DNA from: Hypanus sabinus
Taxonomy: Eukaryota
Direction: 5' to 3'
Length of the DNA: 64,000 nt
NCBI RefSeq assembly: GCF_030144855.1
Contig: NC_082715.1
Location: forward strand, 49,600,001 to 49,664,000
Below are positions 28,083 through 40,349 of the stretch, piece after piece. The position numbers and the translations under genes are program-made. Position 1 is the stretch's first letter; each line of letters begins with the position of its first letter. The notes below the pieces were generated by a model. That model had not been told where the DNA came from. It saw only the letters and a program-made list of their open reading frames with translations, and searched no databases.

Positions 28083-28316
28083 AAGTTATGCAAGTGTATG
28101 AAATGAAATAGCCTTAAACAGTACAATAAACCGTGATATATTAGCCTTTCGTGTAAACCATGCTGATAAAGAGATGCCACGTCCAATATTTTGCCAACAG
28201 CAATGGTACAGCGTTTCCTGATCATTTTAATGCATTTAAGGATATTAGGCTTTAATCATTTTTACACGCACTTATGGCTGTCATGATTTCTAAGAAGGGT
28301 TATGTGGTATTTCCAG

Positions 28317-28429
28317 GAATGCTCCAGAATGGCAAGAAGTTTGACTCTTCTCGAGACAGAAACAAGCCTTTCAAGTTCAAAATTGGCAAACAGGAAGTGA
28401 TTAAAGGCTGGGAAGAAGGCATGGCACAG
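28317..28429 (+). CDS. FKBP1B: FKBP prolyl isomerase 1B (FKBP12.6), coding exon 3
   Basis: ttccag|GA ATG CTC CAG AAT...GCA CAG|gtattt. The 113-nt phase-1 exon encodes (G)[39 protein letters not shown] at positions 31-32 is the FKBP12.6 signature (FKBP12 has ED). Confidence 0.95.
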
Positions 28430-28867
28430 GTATTTTTGGATGAACATAATTTCAGAATTATCTTACTATAAAGGCTGTACAGTAAATATTTTATGGATAT
28501 TTGGAGTCTTAAGATCATATTAAATACTTAACGTGTCTCTTACTTATTCATTAAAACATTTAAAGATGCATATTTCATCTTAAAGTTGCATCAACACCAA
28601 ATGTATTTTGGTTTAACTATGTGGGCTGAAAAATCACTAATCAAAGAGCTGAGCTTTGAGGCCAGAACAGTTTAAATGAAATCCAACTTGATTTAGTCTT
28701 CAAAAGAGGATGCTGAAGGCATGATGAAATGGAAGAGAGAGTTTGCCAATGACAAAATAAGAGCATCAGATAAGAACTTTTTTCTACTATGGAAGTTGCA
28801 TATTTTACCACATAGGAATAGGGTGTAAGCTGAGGAATTCCACTAATAATCAAAATTGTTTCAATAA

Positions 28868-28999
<132 letters not shown>

Positions 29000-29035
29000 C
29001 AAAGTCCTTAATTGATATTTAATTACAAGGTATGT
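29000..29035 (+). other. FKBP1B: 3'-UTR portion of exon 4 and probable splice donor
   Basis: AAG|GTATGT at 29029/29030, 30 nt after the stop codon. Confidence 0.65.
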
Positions 29036-29459
29036 AATGGTATTAGATTTTTTCATGTAAAATTCAGTGTTGAGTTTGATCTAAAACTTTTAAAGCGCTT
29101 CCTTATTGCATGTCCAAGTCACTTTAAACATTTGTCCGAACATTTGTCTGAGAAACAGTAGGATCATTGTTTAAAAAGTACAGCTTTACATAAAGTTCTG
29201 GAAATTATTTACAGAGGCTCGATAACTGCTTGGGCAGAGTCTATATTTTGTAATGGTAATATAATGGGCATAACACTTTGGAACGATGAAGGGGCCAGGA
29301 AATGCAATTTCATCTGAACCTTCAATCAAACCAAGATAATTTGGAGAGCAGGATGATGATCAACACCACCATTCGTGTGATTGATTAATTTAGGATGAAG
29401 GTTCGGTGGCTTGATATTCTATTTCATATATGGAATTTAGTGATTATACTTATGCATAC

Positions 29460-29915
29460 TAGAGTCATAGAGCAATAGAGCATGGATACAAGCCCTAAAG
29501 CCCAATTAGTCCATGCCACACGTGGTCCTGACCGACCATGGTCCCAATCCAGGTCGTCCTAATCTCCTGTGTTTAGCCATATCCCTCTAAGTCCTGCCCC
29601 TCCATGTACTGCTTAGATGATACTATTATACCTGGCTCAACCACTTGCTGTGCCAACGTACACCTCAGTTCAGTTTTGATTCTTTTCCTCTTGCCATAAA
29701 TTTATGCTCCCTCGTTTTGTACTCTTGTACCCAGGGGAAAAGGCTGTTACCATCCACACCATATATGCCTCTCATAATTTTAAACTCTTCTGTAAGTTCG
29801 CCCTTCATTCTCCTGTACTCCAAGAATAAAGACCTAATCTCCCTATAACTTGACATACTAGCCCTGACAACACCTTGTAAATCTGTACACTTTCCAGTTT
29901 AACCACATCTCTCCT
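29460..29915 (-). mobile_element. CR1 3' fragment
   Basis: Minus ORF LFLEYRRMKGELTEEFKIMRG and a ctctatgactcta tail. Confidence 0.75.
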
Positions 29916-30037
29916 ACAATGTACTTATGTGAATAATACAGTGATATGAGAAATTTTGTGAACCCTGTAGAATTTCCTCTATTTCTGCATAAATATGACC
30001 TAGAATATGATCAGATCTTCGACAGGGCCAGAGGTCA

Positions 30038-31205
30038 TTCAGAAGGCATTCGATAAGGTGCCACATAGGAGATTGGTGAGTAAAATCAGAGCTCATGGCA
30101 TTGGGGGCAGGGTTTCAACATGGATAGAAAACTGGTTGGCAGATAGAAAGCAAAGGGTAGCAGTGAATGGGTGTTTCTCGGACTGGCTGGAGGTGAATAG
30201 TGGGGTACCACAGGGCTCTGTATTGGGACCACAGCTCTTTACGATTTATGTCAACGATTTAGATGAGGGCATTGAAAACTATATCAGCAAGTTTGCTGAC
30301 GATACTAAACTGGGTGGCAGTGTGACATGCGAAGAGGACGATAGGAGACTTGGATAGGCAGGGTGAGTGGGCAGATACTTGGCAGATGTCATTCAATGTG
30401 AATGAATGTGAAGTTATCCACTTTGGAAGCAGGAACAAGAGGGCAGAGTATTGTCTGAATGGTGTCGAGTTAGGTAAGGGAGAAATGCAAAGAGACCTAG
30501 GAGTCCTAGTTCACCAGTCAATGAAGGTGAATGAGCAAGTGCAACAGGCAGTGAAGAGGGCAAATGGAATGTTGGCCTTTGTTACAAGGGGAATTGAATA
30601 CAAGAGCAAGGATGTTCTTTTGCATTTGTACAGGGCCCTGGTGAGACCACACCTGGAATATTGTGTACAATTTTGGTCTCCAGGTTTAAGGAAGGACATT
30701 CTGGCAATTGAGGAAGTGCAGCGTAGATTCACTAGGTTGATTCCTGGGATGGCAGGGCTGTCTTACGCAGAGAGATTGGAGAGATTGGGCTTGTACACGC
30801 TGGAATTGAGGAGATTGAGAGGGGATCTGATTGAAACGTTTAAGATAATTAAAGGATTTGATAGGATTGAGGCAGGAAATATGTTCCAGATGTTGGGAGA
30901 GTCCAGTACCAGAGGGCATGGATTGAGAATAAGAGGTCAGTTATTTAAAACAGAGTTGAGGAAGAGCTTCTTCTCCCAGAGAGTTGTGGAGGTGTGGAAT
31001 GCACTGCCTCAGAAGACGGTGGAGGCCAATTCTCTGGATGCTTTCAAGAAGGAGCTGGATAGATATCTGATGGATAGGGGAATCAAGGGATATGGGGACA
31101 AGGCAGGGACTGGGTATTGATACTGAATGATCAGCCATGATCTCAGAATGGCGGTGCAGACTCGAGGGGCCGAATGGTCTACTTCTGCACCTATTGTCTA
31201 TTGTC
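30038..31205 (+). mobile_element. Young 5'-truncated CR1, ~99% identical to the 24674-25835 segment, in inverted orientation
   Basis: ORFs 30007-30357 and 30350-31120 repeat the RT/C-terminal peptides of the minus copy. Ends in a ctattgtctattgtc tail. Confidence 0.97.
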
Positions 31206-31304
31206 CTCAAGCTAGATAAAGAGAACCCAGTTGAATAAATAACACAAAAAATTATACTTGTTCATTCTTTAGTAAGAGAAATGATCCACTATTACATGTA
31301 TTTT

Positions 31305-33400
31305 ATTAATCAGTTTATCGTAAAGGGACCCTTAGGAGGCAGTGATCATAATATGATTGAATTCATTCTGTAAATTGAGAAGGAGAAGCATAAGTCACGT
31401 CTATCAGTATTGCAAAGGAATAAAGGGAATTACGGAGGCATGAGAGAGGAGCTTGCACAGGTGGGTTGGTGGGGGATACTGGCGGGAATGATGGCCAGAT
31501 AAGGTCCTATGGTGTTACAGGAAATAGACTGGCATAGACTGAGATAGAACATAGACGACTGAAGTTTTTGGGAATAGTTACCCCCCCCCCCCCCATTCCT
31601 GATGAAGGGATCGGCCCGAAACGTTGGCTACTCTTTTCTCACAGAATCTGCCTGACCTGCTGAGTTCTTCCAGTGTTATGTACGTATTCTTTGATCCACA
31701 GCATCTGCAGTTATATTTTTGTGTTTTGGGAATAGTTCACAAGGCGCAGGATAGATATGTCCCATGGAAGAAATAGTTCTCAAATGGCAGGGCTATGCAA
31801 ACGTGGCTAAGAAGGGAAGTTGAGGACTGCATAAAAGCCAAGTTGGATAAGTCATCGGGACCGGATGAGATGTACCGCAGGCTACTGTGGGAGACGAGGG
31901 AGGAGATTGCTGAGCCTCTGGCAATGATCTTTGTGGGACGGGAGAGGTTCCAGAGGATTGGAAGGTTGCAGATGTTGTTCCTTTATTCAAGAAAGGGAGT
32001 AGATATAGCCTAAGAAATTATAGACCAGTGAGTGTTACCTCAGTGGTTGGTAAGTTGATGGAGAAGATCCTGAGAGGCAGGATTTATGAACATCTGGAGA
32101 GGTATAATATGATTAGGAGTAGTCAGCATGGCTTTGTCAAGGGCAGGTCGTGCCTTACGAGCCTGATTTGAATTTTTTGAGGATGTGACTAAACACATTG
32201 ATGAAGGAAGAGCAGTAGATGTAGTGTATATGGATTTCAGCAAGGCATTTGATAAGGTACCCTATGCAAGGCTTGTTGAGAAAGTAAAGAGGCATGAGCT
32301 CCAAGGGGATATTGCTTTGTGGATCCAGAACTGGCTTGCTCACAGAAGGCAAAGAGTGGTTGTAGGTGGGTCATATTCTGCTTGAAGGTTGGTAACTGGT
32401 GGTGTGCCTCAGGGATCTGTTCTGGGACCCCTTCTCTTCGTGAATTTTATAAATTACCTGGATGAGGAAGTAAAGGGATGGGTTAGTAAATTTGCAGATG
32501 GCACAAAGTTTGGGGATGCTGTGAATAGTGTGGAGGGTTGTCAGAGGTTACAGCAGGACATCGATAGGATGCAAAACTGGGCTGAGATATGGCAGTTCAA
32601 AACCAGATAAGTGTGAGGTGGTTCGTTTTGGTAGGTCAATTATGATGGCAGAATATAGTATTAATGGTAAAACTCTTGGCAGTGTAAAGGATCAGAGAGA
32701 TCTTGGGGTCGGAGTCAATAGGATGCTCAAAACAGCTGCGTGGGTTGACTCTGTGATTAAAAAGGCATATGATGTATTGGCCTTCATTAATCGTGGAATT
32801 CAATTTAGGTGCTGAGAGGTAATGTTGCAGCTATATAGGACCCTGGTCAGACCGCACTTGGAGTACTGTGCTCATTTCTGGTTGCTTCACTACAGGAAGG
32901 ATGTGGAAGCCATAGAAAGGGTGTAGAGGAGATTTACAAGGATGTTGCCTGGATTGAGGAGTGTGCCTTATGAGAATCGGTTGAGTGAACTCGGCCTTTT
33001 CTCCTTGGAGCGATGGAGGAAGAGAGGTGACCTGATAGATGTGTATAAGATGTTGAGAGGAATTGATCGTGTGAATCATCAGAGGCTTTTTCCCAGGGCT
33101 GAAGTGGTTGCCACAAGAGGTCACAGATTTAAGGTGCTGGGGAGTAGGTACAGAGATGTCAGGGGTCGATTTTTTACTCCGAGAGGAGTGAGTGCATGGA
33201 ATGGGCTCCCAGCAACAATGGTGGAGGCGGATGCGATAGGGTCTTTTAAGAGACTCTTGGATAGGTGCATGGAGCTTAGTAAAACAGAGGGCTATAGGTA
33301 AGCCTAGTAATTTCTAAGGTAGGGACATGTTCAGCACAACTTTGTGGGCCAAAGGGCCTGTATTGTGCTGTAGGTTTCCTATGTTTTCTATGTTCTGTTT
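31305..33400 (+). mobile_element. CR1 LINE, internally deleted
   Basis: [41 protein letters not shown] and a 3' UTR ending tttctatgttc. Confidence 0.85.
31580..31723 (+). mobile_element. Penelope-derived mini-element with hammerhead core
   Basis: CTGATGA at 31599, then agggatcggcccGAAAcgtt. A 14-bp TSD ttttgggaatagtt lies at 31566-31579 and 31724-31737. Confidence 0.8.
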
Positions 33401-33409
33401 TCTAAAAAA

Positions 33410-34705
33410 AAATGCTTCCTTGCCTCTGTTCTAAAAGGTCGCCCTACAATTTTGAGGCAGTGGCCTATAGTTCTGAATGCCCCCATCATAGGAAACATTC
33501 TCTCCATCCTATCTAGTCCTTTCAACATTCAGTAAGTTTCAATGAGATCCCCACACATTCTTCTAAATTCCAGTGAGCACAGGCCCAAAACTGTCAAACG
33601 CTCCTCATATGCTAACCCTTTCATTCCCGTGAACCACCTCAGGACTCTAAAACTGTTGTCAATAGAGTCTTGGAAAGACTCAGCATTATCTCCTTGTTCC
33701 TTTTCTGGCAGGCTGCCAGTGACTAGTGGTGTTCCCCATAGGTCAATATTGGGACCACTACTTATCACATTGTTTGTCAATGAGTTAGATAGTGGAATTG
33801 ATGGCTTTGTGGCAAGGTTTGCAGATGACACGAAGATGGGTGGAGGGGTAGGTAGTGCTGAGGAAGCAATTCGATTGCTGTAAAACTTACGACAGATTGT
33901 AAGAATGGGTAAAAAAGTGGCAGATGGAATACAGTGTTGGGAAAGGTATGATAATGCATTTTGGTAAAGGGAATAATAGTCCTGGCTATTATCTAAATGG
34001 GGCAAAAATTCAAAATGTCAGAGGTGAAAAGGGACTTAGGAGTTAATGAAGGTTAATTCGTAGGTTGAGTCAGTGTTAAAGAAGGCAAATGCAATATTGG
34101 AATTTATTTCAAGGAGAATTTAAAAATAAGGAGATAATGCTGAAGCTTTATAGGACACTTGTCAAGCTGCACTTGGAGTATTGTCAACAGTTTTGGGCCC
34201 CTTATCTCAGAAAGGATGTATTGTCATTGGAGAGGGTCCAGAGGAAGTTAATGATGACGATTCCAGGAACGAAGGGGTTAACATATGAGCATTTGGCAGC
34301 TTTAGACCTGTACTCACTGGAATTTAGAAGAATGCTTGGGGATCTCATTGAAACCTATCGAACGTTGAAAGGACCAAATAAGGTGGGTCTGGAGAGGATG
34401 TTTCCTCTGGTGGGGGTATCCAGAACTAGAGGACACAGTCTCAATATTGAGGGGTGACCTTTTAGGACAGTAGTAATCAAGGTTTTTTTTTAGCCAAAGA
34501 GTGGAATGCTCTGCCATAGGCTTCAGTGGATGCCAAGTCCATGGGTATACTCAAAACCGACGTTGATAAATTCTTGGTTATTCGGGGCATCAAGGGGTAT
34601 GGTAAGAGGGCAATTGTATGGGGTTGAATGGGATCTGGGATCAGCCATGATGAAATAGTGGAATGGGCTCAATGGCCTAATTCTGCGCCTATGTCTTATG
34701 GTCTT
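33410..34705. mobile_element. CR1 fragments (short minus piece at 33410-33645, plus-strand RT and 3' end at 33700-34705)
   Basis: VTSGVPH, RFADDTK, HLEYC.QFWAPYLRKD and a tatgtcttatggtctt tail. Confidence 0.8.
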
Positions 34706-35470
34706 TTGTATTTGTTGGAAAAAGTATGTGAATCTCTGGGGTAATGCCTTCTACAAAAGCTATTCGCAGTCTCATGTTCCAATCAATGAGATGAGATTGG
34801 AGGTATGTGTTGTTGTGGAAGTGCCCTTCCTATAAAAAAATCTGCCAGATTACTGACAGAGCCTGTTCTACTCAAGAAAGATCTGATAATGTGCACCATG
34901 CCTCAATCAAAACAACTTTCAGAGCAATTTAGAAGTAGAATTGTAAAGATGCCTGAAGCTAGAAAAGGCTACAAAAGCATTTCTAACGACCTGAGTGTTC
35001 ATCAGTCAGTATTCATCATATTGGTCTACAGGGTTCATCATCAGTCAATTGTAGTCAATTTGTAAGATAAATTGTCTACAAATGGAGGAATTTCCGTACT
35101 GTTGGATACTCCCTAGGAAGGGGCATCCTGCAAAGATCACACCAAGAGTACATGTGCGATGCTGAAGGAGGTGAAAAAGAACCCAAGGGTAACAGCAAAA
35201 GACCTGCAAAAATCTCTAGAACTTGCTGAAATCTGTTTGTGTCCACTACATAAAAAACAAACACCTAACACAAAATGACACCAGGGAGGAAACCGCCGTT
35301 CTCCAAAAAAAATATTGCTGCATGTCTCAAGTTTGCAACAGAATGATTTAAAAAGAAAATTTGTGTTTTGGAATGGTTAAGTCAGAATCCAGACCTTATC
35401 CTATTGAATTACTGTAGAAGGACAAAGCAAACAGTTCACTTAAGGGAGCCCACCAATATCCCATAGTTGA

Positions 35471-35603
35471 CCTGACGAAGGGTCTCGGCCCGAAACGTCG
35501 ACAGTGCTTCTTCTTATAGATGCTGCCTGGCCTGCTGTGTTCCACCAGCATTTTGTGTGTGTTGTTTGAATTTCCAGCATCTGCAGATTTCCTCATGTTT
35601 GCT
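35471..35603 (+). mobile_element. 133-bp Penelope-derived mini-element with canonical minimal hammerhead core
   Basis: cCTGACGA-agggtctcggccc-GAAA-cGTC-gac. An 11-bp TSD cccatagttga lies at 35460-35470 and 35604-35614. Confidence 0.85.
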
Positions 35604-36620
35604 CCCATAGTTGAAGCAGTTTTGTATGGAAAAATGGCCTAAAATTCCTCCAATGTGCACGACTGATCAGTTACCTGAAATATTTGGTTGCAGTAATTGC
35701 TGTACAAGGGGCTCATACCAATTACTGAAAGCAAAGGTTCACATACATTTTCCAATAAATATGTGTAATATTGGATAATTTTAATCACTAAATAAATGAA
35801 CAAGTATAATGTATTTTGTGTTTTATTAGGTTCTCTTTATCTAGTTTTAGGACTTGCATGATGATTTGATCATATTTTAGCTCACATTATGTAGAAATAG
35901 AAAAAATTCTAAAGGGTTCACAAATGTTCTAGCACCACTGTTCACCACTAAATGCACAGCTGCTCTCCATTCTAATTACAAAAATGTTATTTTTGGCACA
36001 TTTGTAATGGTACCTGTCAACTAGTATGGTAATAGTACATTAAAACAAATTGGTACTTGTTGACCAATATGAATAGTATTCTTTCATATTAGTTTCCTCA
36101 TATATTTATTCATTTAACCATAATGAGCATATTTGGTGAACCCAAAAATGTACATCTGGACCTCAAAACTAAAAGGAATGTTAAAATTCATCTGCAGTTC
36201 ATCTGGTATTCTACTTGAGTATATTCTTTCCTTGGTGTGCTTTTCATTGTGCATCATTGCAAAATTAAACTGATTACTATTCCACTTTCCTTATACAATC
36301 AAGTGACTGTGGGCTTTATTAAAGAACAGTCGGCATATTCCAAGAAAGCTTCTTAAGAGTTGCAGGTTTTGAAAAATGGGTATATGGTTACATTTTTACC
36401 AGTACAGGCACAAGACATAAGATATGGCCTCCTCCATCCACCTGCATGATTGATCAATACCTATAAAATTGTTAAAAGTTATAAAATTGTTTTCTGATTG
36501 TAGTAAAAAATATTGCTATTATGATGGTAGATTACTTGTAACTACATTTATATACTTATAACTATATAAGTAAAGATTGACTTGAATTTAAATAGTAACT
36601 TTACTTTTCTCTTTTTGAAG

Positions 36621-37100
36621 GGATGACATGGGGATTCTGGGTTTCAGCACTGTGGAATAGATCTTCGGCGGCGCAAGAAGCCAGTTAGAAGAATTTTATG
36701 ATATTGATTAAAAAGATCCCATCCTATCAACCTACTTACATCCCGTTTGTTTTCCTCTCGATATTTGGAATTGTTAGTTTTGACTGCCAGTGTTGTTCAT
36801 TTGTAGATCCTGTGTTTATGAGATTATTCTTTCAATTTTTATTGATTTCTGTAATGTTTAATTGCATGAAATATAAGATAACTTTGAATAATTCCAAATT
36901 ATTTGACAAACTTGACTGGGGTCTAACCTAATTTTTGAATAGCAAAGACCTTAAAAACGGGCCTGCTAAGATTTTATGGAACTAAAGTAAATGGGCATTC
37001 ATAGGAAACTACAGGACCTGTATTACCAGTCTTACTCTGAAGCAAGAACTTGTGTAAAACTTAATTGCTTGTTTAAATAAAAAAAAGTGATGTTCACCTT
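36621..37100 (+). other. FKBP1B: Probable terminal non-coding (3'-UTR) exon of FKBP1B
   Basis: Strong acceptor ttacttttctctttttgaag|G at 36620/36621, AU-rich unique sequence, and AATAAA at ~37076. Confidence 0.5.
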
Positions 37101-38269
37101 TAAAAAATATAGTCCAGGTAAATGAATTGTGTGGTTTTTTTTGGGGGGGGGGGGAATCATTATCGTTAATGTTTGTGATCATAAATTTTGATAATACTCC
37201 TTGAGCTATAAGCTTAGAAATGAAACATGCCAGCACATCTAGAGCAAAACAAAAATGTCATATTGCAATGAGATCTTACAAAATATTTGTAAGGTTAAGT
37301 AATCGTATGTGTTTATAAGAACTTGGCCATTTTAAATCAGAGGGACGGACATTATTGTTTATAATAACAACAGAAATGCTGGACACAGTCAGCAAGAAAG
37401 GCATTTTCTTTTTCTGCTTATTTCAGATTTCCAACATATAATTTTCCAGCATTTAGTTTTCATAATCGTGCTTCTGTTGAAATCAGTTTTCTCTGTTCTC
37501 AAATAGGCTGTTGAATGGAAAGCCAAGTGATAATGACATTTCATGCAATGCAGAATCTGAGAATGCAGAAAATGACTTGCATCAACACATGCTCTGATGT
37601 AATCTGCTTAAACATACTTCCAGACACCATAGCAAACCTAGCTTCAACCTTCCTGACCTAAGGAACTAGCATGGAAACAAAACGAAGCAGAAAAGATTGC
37701 AAGAACTATAAATTTAAAACGTGTTTTTTTTAAGCTACAAACACTCAGCAGGCCAGGAAGCATCCATGAAGAGAGAATGCGATTTACCATTTCAGATCAA
37801 CATCTTTCCTCAGGACTGCAAAAGCTAGAGATAAAACAACTTGGAACTTGCAGTGAAAGGTGGGAAGGAGAACAAAAAATGATGGGATGCAAAATGCCAT
37901 CACACTTTTAGTTATTTAGTTTCTTTTTCCCTTCACTGTGCCATGGATCTAGTTTGTTCTTTGCTTCTGAGAGTTTCCTGAAATTTAATTTTGAATTTGC
38001 GGCATCTATAATATTCTGCTTGTGTACTAATTTCAACCAGTTTACAACAGACTTTGAAATATATAATAATACAACTTCATTTTTAAATCATTATGCACTA
38101 ATCATTTGGGATGGTACAGTGTAATCAAATGTGTCTTTTAAAAGTTGGGGGGCGGGGGGGAGTTTCAATTACTGCTTTTGGATGTTAAGAAACAAAGCTT
38201 GAAGGGAATCCCCAGTTAAGAATTTCCTTTATTTTTAACCAATTTATCAACTACCTGAGGGCATAAAAA

Positions 38270-38715
38270 TCAGACTTATTGCCACTAACATTAGTCATGA
38301 AATTTGTTTTGTGGCAGCAGTACTGAGCAGGCATAGCAAATTATTATAAAGTACAATAAATTAGTAGTGCAAAAGTAGAATAGCAAGGTCATGCTCATAG
38401 GTTTATGGACCATTCTGAAAACTGATGACGGGGGGGGGGGGGGGGGGGGGAGAAGCTGTTCTTAGTGTTTAGTGATGGTCTTCAGGCTCCCGCACCTCCT
38501 TACTGATGGTAATAATGAGCATGTCCTGGTGAGGGTGCTTATTTATGGATGGCCACTTTCTTGAGGCACTGCCTTTACAAGACGTCCTCAATGGTGAGGA
38601 GGCTTGTGCCTGTGATGGAACTGGATGAGTCTACCACCCTCTGATGCCTCTTACGGTCCATTGGTGTCTCCATACCAGATGGTGATGCTACCAGCCAGAA
38701 TGCTCTCCACTGGCC
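38270..38715 (-). mobile_element. Rex1-like LINE 3' fragment, containing a G21 run at 38430-38450
   Basis: gagaagctgttct...gtcttcaggctc...cctgatggt pattern, as in the other Rex1-like 3' ends in this window. Confidence 0.6.
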
Positions 38716-39641
38716 AAATGCAGAATCACACCTTCAACTATTAAATGCTTTGGACATATGCTTTTGGATGTAAACAAACAGAGTAACGTAGCTCCACATT
38801 CAAGATTCCGTAAGTTGCAGATTAAAATTTGTATCGTCCATCAGGAAACTAATTATTCTTATGGGAATATGTTTTAATACTATATGAAAATTATTATGTC
38901 TGTGTGTGATAGCTACAAAGGAACTGCACGATGTGCTGCTGCCTGAGTTGATGGAGGCTTACAGACAAATGGCAAGTGGCCGTCGTGATCGCTTTTCTTG
39001 TGATTGCAAGTTCCCTTTGGACATTGTTAATCTGGTACACATATGCTGCAAGCTTGATTTGTAGATTTTTTGGATGCGAGCAAGGGCAGATGAAGGGGGC
39101 CTAGTCCTTAGTCGTAGCAAGGACTAGGCCTGAAGCCACAGTGCTTGGAGCCACTCAGAGTGAGGGGACAAAACTGCTGTGCTTCACCGGGCGGGGGGGG
39201 GGGGCGGGTGTCCAGAATGTAGTCGCAACTGTCCTTGCAGATTTTTGCTCAACAGAAAATGAGCTCTGTTGTAGTCGACTGCAGATTTTTTAGCAGCACT
39301 CAATAGACTTTGGCCTCAAGCTGCGGAGTCACTTGCTATTCAGCCACAGGAGGTTGGGTGTCCGAGCCATCATGCTCTACTGAAGGTAGCGAAGCACTGT
39401 TGTGCTGACTGAAGATTTATAATGGACTGAGGGATCTGAACTATACACATATATATTTGTCTGGTTGTGTTTTTACTAATCTATATGTGCTTGTAAAAGT
39501 GGGGACTGGGCCTCAAAGCCATGGATTTGCCTAGTGCTAATCCAGCGTCTGAGTGAAGACTGGACCTCCAAGATACAGTGTCACTTAGCGGGTGTCGGGG
39601 GCCAGTCAACAGATGATATCAGTGGGCTGGGGGTCTAGACT

Positions 39642-39643
<2 letters not shown>

Positions 39644-39675
<32 letters not shown>
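39644..39675. repeat. (TG)n microsatellite
   Basis: About 16 TG units seen directly. Confidence 0.95.
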
Positions 39676-39678
<3 letters not shown>

Positions 39679-40011
39679 CAGTTGACGTCAGAAGTTTACA
39701 TACACATCAGCCAAATACATTTAAACACAGTTTTTCACAATACCTGACCCAAATTAAACAATTTAAAGGCAATTCTACCAAATACTAACAAAGAGTATGT
39801 AAACTTCTGACCCACCGGAAAAGTAATGAAAGAAATAAAAGCTAAAATAATTTGTTCACTCTACTATTATGCTGACATTTCACATTCTTAAAGTAGTGAT
39901 CCTAACTGACCTAAGACAGGGAAGGTTTTCTCGGATTAAATGTCAGGAATTGTGAAAAACTGAGTTCAAATGTATTTGTCTAAGCTGTATGTAAACTTAT
40001 AACTTCAACGG
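39679..40011 (+). mobile_element. Internally deleted Sleeping Beauty-subfamily Tc1 element (333 bp)
   Basis: TA-cagttgacgtcagaagtttacatacac...tgtatgtaaacttataacttcaacgg-TA, with inner DR gtatgtaaacttctgaccca. Encodes LTQIKQFKGNSTKY* (the SB transposase C-terminus, from recall, is LTQVKQFKGNATKY*). Confidence 0.88.
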
Positions 40012-40349
40012 TATACGTGTGTGTGGTGTATTTATACTGATATCCTATATGGGTTTGTTGACTTGTATGCATCAAGCTGCAGCATAGTGGGGTGGGATGG
40101 GTGGTTCAGGTGGGCATTGGGACTCTCATTACATGATTGTGGCCTTGTGTGTGCTTACTGTGTGTGACTAGGTAAAATGTCTTTTCACCTCAAGCCATAG
40201 TAACGGTGTTTCCTTTGGCTGTATTCATATATGGTTAAATGACAATTAAACTTGAATTTGTAGAATATACGGTGTAGAGGAAACTTTAAAGCTAATTACA
40301 AGCTGAGAATGGAGTCTGTGTGATTTTTGTTAAGTTAAAATGAAAACCT

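Larger units (their letters stand above)
29939..35940 (+). mobile_element. Tc1/mariner DNA transposon, internally deleted and split by nested retroelements
   Basis: Inverted ends TA-cagtgatatgagaaattttgtgaaccc... and ...gggttcacaaatgttctagcaccactg. Transposase N-terminus MPQSKQLSEQFRSRIVKM..ARKGYKSIS at 34898. WPSQSPDLNPIE-like remnant at ~35373. Confidence 0.85.
38910..40260 (+). mobile_element. Unclassified non-autonomous retroelement, host of the (TG)n tract and the SB-like insertion
   Basis: GC-richer body with internal semi-repeats, ending aatgacaattaaacttgaatttg (LINE-type tail). Confidence 0.4.

Noticed and set aside
1-28316. FKBP1B exons 1-2 (MGVEIETISPGD / GRTFPKKGQTCVVHYT)
   Set aside because: No matching sequence with splice sites was found by eye; they probably lie upstream of the window.
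28274-28471. 65-aa ORF as a standalone short FKBP
   Set aside because: It is FKBP1B exon 3 read through flanking intron sequence.
38173-38783. Imperfect 25-bp direct repeat tgcttttggatgt..a.aaaca.ag at ~38173 and ~38759
   Set aside because: Only two imperfect copies, not at the boundaries of the intervening TE; likely chance or an old local duplication.
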